Source: Bilabrum cf. latius | Lineage: Eukaryota | DNA: 64,000 nt | Assembly: GCA_965178125.1 (NCBI GenBank) | Contig: OZ237738.1 | Span: 1-64,000 of the forward strand | Direction: 5' to 3' | In this document: positions 1 through 11,354 of the stretch, one piece after another | How positions within the stretch are numbered: position 1 is the stretch's first letter | Layout: each line of letters starts with the position of its first letter | Position numbers and translations under genes: made by a program | Notes under the pieces: model-generated | Told to the model about the DNA's origin: nothing | What the model saw: the letters and a program-made list of their open reading frames with translations, nothing else | The model's database searches: none

Positions 1-456
1 CCCTAACCCTAACCCTAACCCTAACCCTAACCCTAACCCTAACCTAACCCTAACCCTAACCCTAACCCTAACCCTAACCCTAACCCTAACCCTAACCCTA
101 ACCCTAACCCTAACCCTAACCCTAACCCTAACCCTAACCCTAACCCTAACCCTAACCCTAACCCTAACCCTAACCCTAACCCTAACCCTAACCCTAACCC
201 TAACCCTAACCCTAACCCTAACCCTAACCCTAACCCTAACCCTAACCCTAACCCTAACCCTAACCCTAACCCTAACCCTAACCCTAACCCTAACCCTAAC
301 CCTAACCCTAACCCTAACCCTAACCCTAACCCTAACCCTAACCCTAACCCTAACCCTAACCCTAACCCTAACCCTAACCCTAACCCTAACCCTAACCCTA
401 ACCCTAACCCTAACCCTAACCCTAACCCTAACCCTAACCCTAACCCCTAACCCTAA
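1..456 (+). repeat. Terminal telomere tract (CCCTAA)n, i.e. TTAGGG on the minus strand
   Basis: Near-perfect CCCTAA array from base 1; C-rich strand 5' to 3', as expected for a left chromosome end. Confidence 0.98.
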
Positions 457-501
457 GAAAATATTTTTTCCCCGACCCTGTCCCTGACTTTATATTAGAT
501 A
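457..501 (+). repeat. Stand-alone 45-bp cap motif GAAAATATTTTTTCCCCGACCCTGTCCCTGACTTTATATTAGATA embedded in telomeric repeats
   Basis: Identical copies at 457, 1743, 2023, 3309, 3661, 4959, 5305, 6160 and 6543, each followed directly by CCCTAA repeats. Confidence 0.95.
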
Positions 502-567
502 CCCTAACCCTAACCCTAACCCTAACCCTAACCCTAACCCTAACCCTAACCCTAACCCTAACCCTAA

Positions 568-1787
568 CCAGGCCGTCCCGATGCAGTTTGAACGGTCTTC
601 ATATCACCTGTAGTTGCCGAGATCGTAGCACGTCGTTTTTCGGTGTGAAATTCTTCATACACCCATATCGGCGCCGCGCGGCCAGAACGGAACCTGGGGA
701 ATATTTGGCCCATGTTTTGCCCCCAGGCCGTCCCGATGCAGTTTGAACGGTCTTCATATCACCTGTAGTTGCCGAGATCGTAGCACGTCGTTTTTCGGTG
801 TGAAATTCTTCATACACCCATATCGGCGCCGCGCGGCCAGAACGGAACCTGGGGAATATTTGGCCCATGTTGTGCCCCCAGGCCGTCCCGATGCAGTTTG
901 AACGGTCTTCATATCACCTGTAGTTGCCGAGATCGTAGCACGTCGTTTTTCGGTGTGAAATTCTTCATACACCCATATCGGCGCCGCGCGGCTAGAACGG
1001 AACCTGGGGAACATTTGGCCCATGTTGTGCCCCCAGGCCGTCCCGATGCAGTTTGAACGGTCTTCATATCACCTGTAGTTGCCGAGATCGTAGCACGTCG
1101 TTTTTCGGTGTGAAATTCTTCATACACCCATATCGGCGCCGCGCGGCCAGAACGGAACCTGGGGAACATTTGGCCCATGTTTTGCCCCCAGGCCGTCCCG
1201 ATGCAGTTTGAACGGTCTTCATATCACCTGTAGTTGCCGAGATCGTAGCACGTCGTTTTTCGGTGTGAAATTCTTCATACACCCATATCGGCGCCGCGCG
1301 GCCAGAACGGAACCTGGGGAACATTTGGCCCATGTTTTGCCCCCAGGCCGTCCCGATGCAGTTTGAACGGTCTTCATATCACCTGTAGTTGCCGAGATCG
1401 TAGCACGTCGTTTTTCGGTGTGAAATTCTTCATACACCCATATCGGCGCCGCGCGGCCAGAACGGAACCTGGGGAACATTTGGCCCATGTTGTGCCCCCA
1501 GGCCGTCCCGATGCAGTTTGAACGGTCTTCATATCACCTGTAGTTGCCGAGATCGTAGCACGTCGTTTTTCGGTGTGAAATTCTTCATACACCCATATCG
1601 GCGCCGCGCGGCCAGAACGGAACCTGGGGAACATTTGGCCCATGTTGTGCCCCCAGGCCGTCCCGATGCAGTTTGAACGGTCTTCATATCACCTGTAGTT
1701 GCCGAGATCGTAGCACGTCGTTTTTCGACAAATATTGAAGATGAAAATATTTTTTCCCCGACCCTGTCCCTGACTTTATATTAGATA
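568..1787 (+). repeat. Telomere-interspersed module A1: seven 155-bp units, a partial unit and the 45-bp cap
   Basis: 155-bp periodicity (ORF track repeats at 599, 754, 909 and so on); flanked by CCCTAA tracts. Confidence 0.95.
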
Positions 1788-2133
1788 CCCTAACCCTAAC
1801 CCTAACCCTAACCCTAACCCTAACCCTAACCCTAACCCTAACCCTAACCCTAACCCTAACCCTAACCCTAACCCTAACCCTAACCCTAACCCTAACCCTA
1901 ACCCTAACCCTAACCCTAACCCTAACCCTAACCCTAACCCTAACCCTAACCCTAACCCTAACCCTAACCCTAACCCTAACCCTAACCCTAACCCTAACCC
2001 TAACCCTAACCCCTAACCCTAAGAAAATATTTTTTCCCCGACCCTGTCCCTGACTTTATATTAGATACCCTAACCCTAACCCTAACCCTAACCCTAACCC
2101 TAACCCTAACCCTAACCCTAACCCTAACCCTAA

Positions 2134-3353
2134 CCAGGCCGTCCCGATGCAGTTTGAACGGTCTTCATATCACCTGTAGTTGCCGAGATCGTAGCACGTC
2201 GTTTTTCGGTGTGAAATTCTTCATACACCCATATCGGCGCCGCGCGGCCAGAACGGAACCTGGGGAATATTTGGCCCATGTTTTGCCCCCAGGCCGTCCC
2301 GATGCAGTTTGAACGGTCTTCATATCACCTGTAGTTGCCGAGATCGTAGCACGTCGTTTTTCGGTGTGAAATTCTTCATACACCCATATCGGCGCCGCGC
2401 GGCCAGAACGGAACCTGGGGAATATTTGGCCCATGTTGTGCCCCCAGGCCGTCCCGATGCAGTTTGAACGGTCTTCATATCACCTGTAGTTGCCGAGATC
2501 GTAGCACGTCGTTTTTCGGTGTGAAATTCTTCATACACCCATATCGGCGCCGCGCGGCTAGAACGGAACCTGGGGAACATTTGGCCCATGTTGTGCCCCC
2601 AGGCCGTCCCGATGCAGTTTGAACGGTCTTCATATCACCTGTAGTTGCCGAGATCGTAGCACGTCGTTTTTCGGTGTGAAATTCTTCATACACCCATATC
2701 GGCGCCGCGCGGCCAGAACGGAACCTGGGGAACATTTGGCCCATGTTTTGCCCCCAGGCCGTCCCGATGCAGTTTGAACGGTCTTCATATCACCTGTAGT
2801 TGCCGAGATCGTAGCACGTCGTTTTTCGGTGTGAAATTCTTCATACACCCATATCGGCGCCGCGCGGCCAGAACGGAACCTGGGGAACATTTGGCCCATG
2901 TTTTGCCCCCAGGCCGTCCCGATGCAGTTTGAACGGTCTTCATATCACCTGTAGTTGCCGAGATCGTAGCACGTCGTTTTTCGGTGTGAAATTCTTCATA
3001 CACCCATATCGGCGCCGCGCGGCCAGAACGGAACCTGGGGAACATTTGGCCCATGTTGTGCCCCCAGGCCGTCCCGATGCAGTTTGAACGGTCTTCATAT
3101 CACCTGTAGTTGCCGAGATCGTAGCACGTCGTTTTTCGGTGTGAAATTCTTCATACACCCATATCGGCGCCGCGCGGCCAGAACGGAACCTGGGGAACAT
3201 TTGGCCCATGTTGTGCCCCCAGGCCGTCCCGATGCAGTTTGAACGGTCTTCATATCACCTGTAGTTGCCGAGATCGTAGCACGTCGTTTTTCGACAAATA
3301 TTGAAGATGAAAATATTTTTTCCCCGACCCTGTCCCTGACTTTATATTAGATA
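2134..3353 (+). repeat. Telomere-interspersed module A2 (copy of A1, offset 1566 bp)
   Basis: Same length and same unit-by-unit variant pattern as A1. Confidence 0.95.
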
Positions 3354-3783
3354 CCCTAACCCTAACCCTAACCCTAACCCTAACCCTAACCCTAACCCTA
3401 ACCCTAACCCTAACCCTAACCCTAACCCTAACCCTAACCCTAACCCTAACCCTAACCCTAACCCTAACCCTAACCCTAACCCTAACCCTAACCCTAACCC
3501 TAACCCTAACCCTAACCCTAACCCTAACCCTAACCCTAACCCTAACCCTAACCCTAACCCTAACCCTAACCCTAACCCTAACCCTAACCCTAACCCTAAC
3601 CCTAACCCTAACCCTAACCCTAACCCTAACCCTAACCCTAACCCTAACCCCTAACCCTAAGAAAATATTTTTTCCCCGACCCTGTCCCTGACTTTATATT
3701 AGATACCCTAACCCTAACCCTAACCCTAACCCTAACCCTAACCCTAACCCTAACCCTAACCCTAACCCTAACCCTAACCCTAA

Positions 3784-5003
3784 CCAGGCCGTCCCGATGC
3801 AGTTTGAACGGTCTTCATATCACCTGTAGTTGCCGAGATCGTAGCACGTCGTTTTTCGGTGTGAAATTCTTCATACACCCATATCGGCGCCGCGCGGCCA
3901 GAACGGAACCTGGGGAATATTTGGCCCATGTTTTGCCCCCAGGCCGTCCCGATGCAGTTTGAACGGTCTTCATATCACCTGTAGTTGCCGAGATCGTAGC
4001 ACGTCGTTTTTCGGTGTGAAATTCTTCATACACCCATATCGGCGCCGCGCGGCCAGAACGGAACCTGGGGAACATTTGGCCCATGTTTTGCCCCCAGGCC
4101 GTCCCGATGCAGTTTGAACGGTCTTCATATCACCTGTAGTTGCCGAGATCGTAGCACGTCGTTTTTCGGTGTGAAATTCTTCATACACCCATATCGGCGC
4201 CGCGCGGCTAGAACGGAACCTGGGGAACATTTGGCCCATGTTGTGCCCCCAGGCCGTCCCGATGCAGTTTGAACGGTCTTCATATCACCTGTAGTTGCCG
4301 AGATCGTAGCACGTCGTTTTTCGGTGTGAAATTCTTCATACACCCATATCGGCGCCGCGCGGTCAGAACGGAACCTGGGGAACATTTGGCCCATGTTGTG
4401 CCCCCAGGCCGTCCCGATGCAGTTTGAACGGTCTTCATATCACCTGTAGTTGCCGAGATCGTAGCACGTCGTTTTTCGGTGTGAAATTCTTCATACACCC
4501 ATATCGGCGCCGCGCGGCCAGAACGGAACCTGGGGAACATTTGGCCCATGTTGTGCCCCCAGGCCGTCCCGATGCAGTTTGAACGGTCTTCATATCACCT
4601 GTAGTTGCCGAGATCGTAGCACGTCGTTTTTCGGTGTGAAATTCTTCATACACCCATATCGGCGCCGCGCGGCCAGAACGGAACCTGGGGAACATTTGGC
4701 CCATGTTGTGCCCCCAGGCCGTCCCGATGCAGTTTGAACGGTCTTCATATCACCTGTAGTTGCCGAGATCGTAGCACGTCGTTTTTCGGTGTGAAATTCT
4801 TCATACACCCATATCGGCGCCGCGCGGCCAGAACGGAACCTGGGGAACATTTGGCCCATGTTGTGCCCCCAGGCCGTCCCGATGCAGTTTGAACGGTCTT
4901 CATATCACCTGTAGTTGCCGAGATCGTAGCACGTCGTTTTTCGACAAATATTGAAGATGAAAATATTTTTTCCCCGACCCTGTCCCTGACTTTATATTAG
5001 ATA
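3784..5003 (+). repeat. Telomere-interspersed module A3
   Basis: Same length and boundaries as A1/A2 but a different order of unit variants. Confidence 0.95.
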
Positions 5004-5563
5004 CCCTAACCCTAACCCTAACCCTAACCCTAACCCTAACCCTAACCCTAACCCTAACCCTAACCCTAACCCTAACCCTAACCCTAACCCTAACCCTAAC
5101 CCTAACCCTAACCCTAACCCTAACCCTAACCCTAACCCTAACCCTAACCCTAACCCTAACCCTAACCCTAACCCTAACCCTAACCCTAACCCTAACCCTA
5201 ACCCTAACCCTAACCCTAACCCTAACCCTAACCCTAACCCTAACCCTAACCCTAACCCTAACCCTAACCCTAACCCTAACCCTAACCCTAACCCCTAACC
5301 CTAAGAAAATATTTTTTCCCCGACCCTGTCCCTGACTTTATATTAGATACCCTAACCCTAACCCCTAACCCTAACCCTAACCCTAACCCTAACCCTAACC
5401 CTAACCCTAACCCTAACCCTAACCCTAACCCTAACCCTAACCCTAACCCTAACCCTAACCCTAACCCTAACCCTAACCCTAACCCTAACCCTAACCCTAA
5501 CCCTAACCCTAACCCTAACCCTAACCCTAACCCTAACCCTAACCCTAACCCTAACCCTAAACC

Positions 5564-6204
5564 CAAAAACGGAACCTGGGGAACATTTTCCCCATGTTGT
5601 GGCCCTAGGCCGTCCCAATGCAATTTGAACGGTCTTCATATCTCCTGTGGTTGCCGAGATCGTATCCCGCAGGATTTCAGCATGAAAATCTTCAAGGCCC
5701 AATATTGGCGCCGCGCGTCAAAAACGGAACCTGGGGAACATTTGCCCCATGTTGTGGCCCTAGGCCGTCCCAATGCAATTTGAACGGTCTTCATATCTCC
5801 TGTAGTTGCCGAGATCGTATCCCGCAGGATTTCAGCATGAAAATCTTCAAGGCCCAATATTGGCGCCGCGCGTCAAAAACGGAACCTGGGGAACATTTGC
5901 CCCATGTTGTGGCCCTAGGCCGTCCCAATGCAATTTGAACGGTCTTCATATCTCCTGTAGTTGCCGAGATCGTATCCCGCAGGATTTCAGCATGAAAATC
6001 TTCAAGGCCCAATATTGGCGCCGCGCGTCAAAAACGGAACCTGGGGAACATTTGCCCCATGTTGTGGCCCTAGGCCGTCCCAATACAATTTGAACGGTCT
6101 TCATATCTCCTGTGGTTGCCGAGATCGTATCCCGCAGGATTTTGTCAAAATTCGAAGATGAAAATATTTTTTCCCCGACCCTGTCCCTGACTTTATATTA
6201 GATA
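5564..6204 (+). repeat. Telomere-interspersed module B (diverged 155-bp repeat subfamily plus cap)
   Basis: 155-bp period (5636 to 5791); shares GGAACCTGGGGAACATTT and TTTGAACGGTCTTCATATC with family A; ends in the same cap. Confidence 0.93.
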
Positions 6205-6323
6205 CCCTAACCCTAACCCTAACCCTAACCCTAACCCTAACCCTAACCCTAACCCTAACCCTAACCCTAACCTTACCCTAACCCTAACCCTAAACCCTAA
6301 CCCCTAACCTAACCTAAACCCTA

Positions 6324-6587
6324 CATCTTCATATCTACTCTGGTTGCCGAGATCTCAATTCCGTATTTTGGTCCACGAAATTCTTCATCCGGCCATATCG
6401 GCGCCGCGCGACAAAAACGGATCCTAATAAAATTTTGCCCCATGTTGTGCCCCAGGGCCGACCCAATGCAGTTTGAATCATCTTCATATCTACTCTGGTT
6501 GCCGAGATCTCAATTCCGTATTTTGATGCAAAAAATGAAGAAGAAAATATTTTTTCCCCGACCCTGTCCCTGACTTTATATTAGATA
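6324..6587 (+). repeat. Telomere-interspersed module C (third subfamily plus cap)
   Basis: TCTTCATATCTACTCTGGTTGCCGAG recurs at 6326 and 6481 (155 bp apart); cap at 6543-6587. Confidence 0.9.
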
Positions 6588-7592
6588 CCCTAACCCTAAC
6601 CCTAACCCTAACCCTAACCCTAACCCTAACCCTAACCCTAACCCTAACCCTAACCCTAACCCTAACCCTAACCCTAACCCTAACCCTAACCCTAACCCTA
6701 ACCCTAACCCTAACCCTAACCCTAACCCTAACCCTAACCCTAACCCTAACCCTAACCCTAACCCTAACCCTAACCCTAACCCTAACCCTAACCCTAACCC
6801 TAACCCTAACCCTAACCCTAACCCTAACCCTAACCCTAACCCTAACCCTAACCCTAACCCTAACCCTAACCCTAACCCTAACCCTAACCCTAACCCTAAC
6901 CCTAACCCTAACCCTAACCCTAACCCTAACCCTAACCCTAACCCTAACCCTAACCCTAACCCTAACCCTAACCCTAACCCTAACCCTAACCCTAACCCTA
7001 ACCCTAACCCTAACCCTAACCCTAACCCTAACCCTAACCCTAACCCTAACCCTAACCCTAACCCTAACCCTAACCCTAACCCTAACCCTAACCCTAACCC
7101 TAACCCTAACCCTAACCCTAACCCTAACCCTAACCCTAACCCTAACCCTAACCCTAACCCTAACCCTAACCCTAACCCTAACCCTAACCCTAACCCTAAC
7201 CCTAACCCTAACCCTAACCCTAACCCTAACCCTAACCCTAACCCTAACCCTAACCCTAACCCTAACCCTAACCCTAACCCTAACCCTAACCCTAACCCTA
7301 ACCCTAACCCTAACCCTAACCCTAACCCTAACCCTAACCCTAACCCTAACCCTAACCCTAACCCTAACCCTAACCCTAACCCTAACCCTAACCCTAACCC
7401 TAACCCTAACCCTAACCCTAACCCTAACCCTAACCCTAACCCTAACCCTAACCCTAACCCTAACCCTAACCCTAACCCTAACCCTAACCCTAACCCTAAC
7501 CCTAACCCTAACCCTAACCCTAACCCTAACCCTAACCCTAACCCTAACCCTAACCCTAACCCTAACCCTAACCCTAACCCTAACCCTAACCC
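6588..7592 (+). repeat. Innermost ~1-kb (CCCTAA)n tract
   Basis: Uninterrupted telomeric hexamer array. Confidence 0.97.
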
Positions 7593-7614
7593 AAAAAAAC
7601 CCCCCTAAAAAACC

Positions 7615-7860
7615 CGGTGGGTGGGATAGTGTTCGGTGGGTGAGATGGTCGTACGCTGGATGGTGCTCGGTGGGTGAGATGGTCGTGCGCTGGATGCAGC
7701 TCGGTGGGTGGGATAGTGTTCGGTGGGTGAGATGGTCGTGCGCTGGATGCAGCTCGGTGGGTGGGATAGTGTTCGGTGGGTGAGATGGTCGTGCGCTGGA
7801 TGCAGCTCGGTGGGTGAGATGGCCGTGCGCTGGATGATACTGTCGGAGGTGAGATAGCCG
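7615..7860 (+). repeat. Subtelomeric GT-rich minisatellite
   Basis: Mixed units GGTGGGTGGGATAGTGTTC and GGTGGGTGAGATGGTCGTGCGCTGGATGCAGCTC. Confidence 0.85.
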
Positions 7861-7944
7861 TAGCATTCAGAGGAATTCAGTGCGAGTCATATCGAGATTC
7901 AACAACAAATGCAGTGCACAACAGGATGTGGAGTCCATGGTCAA

Positions 7945-9425
7945 TCACTTGAAGCCCCTGAACCTGCGCTGCCCACCTGGTCTTGAGTCACCCTTACTAG
8001 TGGGATCCACGGGTAGAGTATCTAATCCGACTCCCTTGCTTGGAATAGCACGCCCTGCCTGCTGCCAGCGAGGCTACGCCTTGGATGGGGAGATGGAGCT
8101 GGGTAGTTGGGGTGGCGCTGCAGCCGATGCACCAAGACCGGAGTACCCGAACTGCCCGCGCGATGCTCCTCCAAGGAGGCTAGCCGCTTCTATTCCTTGC
8201 GCAAAACTGAGCAATTTCGCGTCGATTCCGCAAGCAGGTTGCACCCCAGTGCCTGGGGCTGCCTGCCTTGCAATGGTGGCAGTGCGCCAGGCCAACATGC
8301 ACCCAAGCAGGCCAGACAATGGGGCGACCAGCACCGTCGAGAAGGTGGCAGCCGGCTCTGATGGCTACTCTGCGCCGTCCTCAGAATCTCCGTCCTCGCT
8401 GGCAGAGTCACCATCAGCTGGGCTGCTAATGCCCGAGCTGCCTCCGCTGCCACCAGCGGCAGTGCCAGCTTCACCTCGCATGCCCACCAGCAGCTCACTG
8501 TTGCCCGCCAGGTCGGGGTCCACTTGCATGACGACAGTCTGGAAAGTTTCATTCGTCATATATGGAGCAGTGTATGCAAGGCTAGAGCAGCCCGCAGCTT
8601 TCCCCACGAGCCCAGTTTGAGTGAGCAGCTCCCGCTCGGCAGCCTGCTCGATCGTCTCTCCATAGTCGACGAGGCCGCCTGGCCACTCGAGGACCCTAGC
8701 CTGAGATGGAGGACTTATAGTCTCGAGTAGAACTACCATAGGACCGGATGATACAGTGCTTACTGCGCGAAGCGGTGCCACGATCGCGATTATGCTGACA
8801 GTGTCCGGCGAGTTTGGCTCGTGGTCGCACCGGGACACAACCTCCCACATGCCGCGCTGAACCGCACCAGAGTCGTGACTGCGATCTCATGAATGCAAAG
8901 AAGGGCACACAAATATGAAAGGCAACCTGTCGACCGTAGCACAATCATACGGCTGTGGGTGTATCCATCTTACCGAATCTGGAAGCCCACCTCGGAGCCG
9001 TGCAAGAACTGGCCCTACCAGACTGGTTTTGCGTGCAGTAGCGACAAAGTCGGAAGATGAATCGACCCAACGATGCCATATGGTCTCTACGGTAGCACTG
9101 TTGTATGCCTGTCGCCGGCTGCAACCACTCTCAGCTTCTCAAGCGTCGTCAGATCGCAAACTTTAGGATCCCCCTCTGCTTCGCTGCCGATGGATCTGTT
9201 TTCCTGGTTAGACTATGAACGATCTCTCTAGGCGCGAGTTGCAAGCACAATTCCGGCAACTACGCCCGCACTGGCTGCGATAATCACTCCAGTGTTTTCG
9301 AACTGCAGCAATCGAGTGATAAGCTTCACAGCATTCCTGGCTGCTGATACACCTCTCTACAATATAAAGTAGCTTTCAGTTTGCACATCTTTGCTATGCT
9401 TTGCTGCAGTCGTACTTACGGCCAT
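7945..9425 (-). CDS. Nudix hydrolase, ADP-ribose pyrophosphatase (NUDT5/YSA1)-like, with a degenerate Nudix box; intron 8879-8973; start approximate
   Basis: LEWPGGLVDYGETIEQAAERELLTQTGL motif, C-terminal IDAKLLSFAQGI; ORF pieces are in frame across TAGs; ends in TGA. Confidence 0.7.
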
Positions 9426-9547
9426 GCTCTTGTATCCCTTCAACGGGTCGCTTGGAATCTTCATCTTCTCAATTGGGTTGCAACCGCAAGTTGCCGGCCG
9501 TTGCTTCAAGTTGCCCGTGGACCTCTGCAGGGGCTTCTTTGTTTCGA

Positions 9548-11218
9548 ATGGGTTGCTTTGCATCTCAACCTCTACTATCATCGATAAGGGATAATAGTGC
9601 ACCAAGTATTGATGATGGCAGCTTGCATGCATCATCAGGACCCAATGACGCAGGTCTACAGGACGACGACACCACTACCGCCACACCAAGAGCACCAAGA
9701 GCGAGAAAAAGCGCTGCAATCGTCCCCTTGACCCCGGCGCAAGAGTCAATGCTAGATATTGTTGAGGAAACACCGGCATGCACTACGCAGAAAGCTCGAT
9801 ACAAAGCTGGATGCGTTGTGTGCTACGCGTACTGCAGGCATGCACTTAGAACATCTTGTTGTAACAAGAGCATGTGCGCGAGGTGCTTCGAGAGCATGGT
9901 TGTGTAGCATGTTGGATAGTTTGCGTGGGAGCATATGCTTGGAAGTGGACACGTGCCAGCGGATCGAACTGTCGTGCTTGTTCCAAAGGTGCCGGACCGT
10001 CGTGCAAGCCCAAGCAGTGGGTCTTGCCAAGATTTTGAGCACAGCAGGGGAGGGACCGTGACGGTAAGCGTAAACGAGTGGATGCAGGACTTGTTAGCTG
10101 GTATTCAAAACAGTTGCAATTCCCACGGTACAGCCACAATAGATTCGGTCGGAACTAGCGAGCTGCCAGCTGCGTTCCTTTCTGACAAAGCTGCGCGCAG
10201 ACTGCTATGCCCCATGTGTCGCTCTGCAGATGGATTTGGCATCAAGTTGTCAGAAACTGAGTGCTCGCAAAGCAGTTCAAAGACTGGTGCTAGCCCATCC
10301 TCAGGTGAAGCAGCTCCGTTGATGGCATCTGCTTCCGCCAGTGCCTCGTCCCCTCCTGCCGTGGACGCGATGTGGGCCCGTCCACGCCTGGCTCTCGGGC
10401 AGCACCGGTGTAGCTCAGAATCTACCGGCAGCACTGTAGCCGTGACGACTGAGTCTCCAGCCCCAGCTGGGTTTGGCGAGTGCGTGGGGGACGAGCGCCT
10501 GGAAAGAGCAAGGGCAAGGGCAACAGATCGAAGCAGTGGGAGGCCGGCGGTGCCTCGAGTAGAGCAAGGGCTCGGGATCAGGCAGCGTACGTGGGAAGGC
10601 CCAGGGAATGGGCTTGCAATCGGGCCTGCGCGGGAGCCTCGAAACCTTGGAGTGAGGCCCACATGCACATCCCGAGTAGCAATGGGAGTGGGGCGCGGGG
10701 ATCGACTTGGCTAGGCGTTGCAGGCTGGGAGGCATGGCACCTCGCAACAGAGGGCCGCGAGACAGCACAGCAGCACATCATCGCACTCTGAGCACTATGG
10801 TAGAGGAGCAGGGGGCTCTGCAGCTCGATCACCAACTGGCAACTCGACTGCCTCTCTGTCTACCGCCCAGCCCCGCACGGTGCGAGACACAGGTACTACT
10901 AGTAGAGACAGAGGTAGGTGCGAGGCTCTCAGCGCGGTGCTCCGGCGCCTGACACCAGCGTCCTCCACCGGCCCCGTCAGCGAGAGAGGGAGACGCACCC
11001 TACGAAACAGGGATAGAACTGAGTCGCCGAACGTGAACAGTGCGTCCGGTATTCGAGACACCGGCGATTCAGGTGGACAAGCCCCACTGCCCACCGGCAT
11101 GGAGCGGTTCGCCGACTCTGAGTCGCCTCGGGTGGATCCTGTGCGGCGACTGTTCACAGACAGCTCACTTACAGACTCTGTTCTAGGAGGAAAGCAGTCC
11201 GTAGTCGCCTGGTAGTGA
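9548..11218 (+). CDS. RING-type zinc finger protein (Sip5/DA2/GW2-like) with an N-terminal MGC acylation motif
   Basis: CVVC..SCCNKSMCARCF...CPMC; ORFs at 9401, 9935 and 10718 share one frame joined by TAGs; ends TAG-TGA. Confidence 0.65.
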
Positions 11219-11354
11219 TCATGCTAGTGGTGAAGGTTCAACCGAAGTTCGTGCGCCTGCCGGACGACAACGCCGGACGATATAAGCCCGCAATTACAAT
11301 CAGCAGGCAGTCCTACCGACACGGATTTGGCGCAGCCATCGTTACTGATTAAGA

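Noticed and set aside
568-722. Hammerhead ribozyme or retrozyme in the 155-bp unit
   Set aside because: Only ATGAAGA...GAAA on the minus strand; no CUGANGA core or convincing stem II. An Infernal search would settle it
599-4859. Repeated 89-aa ORFs in the 155-bp arrays
   Set aside because: Artefact of a repeat whose length is not a multiple of 3; the ORFs overlap and have no recognisable domain
568-5003. CRISPR array
   Set aside because: No unique spacers, no cas genes, and a eukaryotic telomeric context
6490-7866. 458-aa poly-VR ORF (and poly-GL/RV ORFs at 5288-5702)
   Set aside because: Translation of TTAGGG repeats
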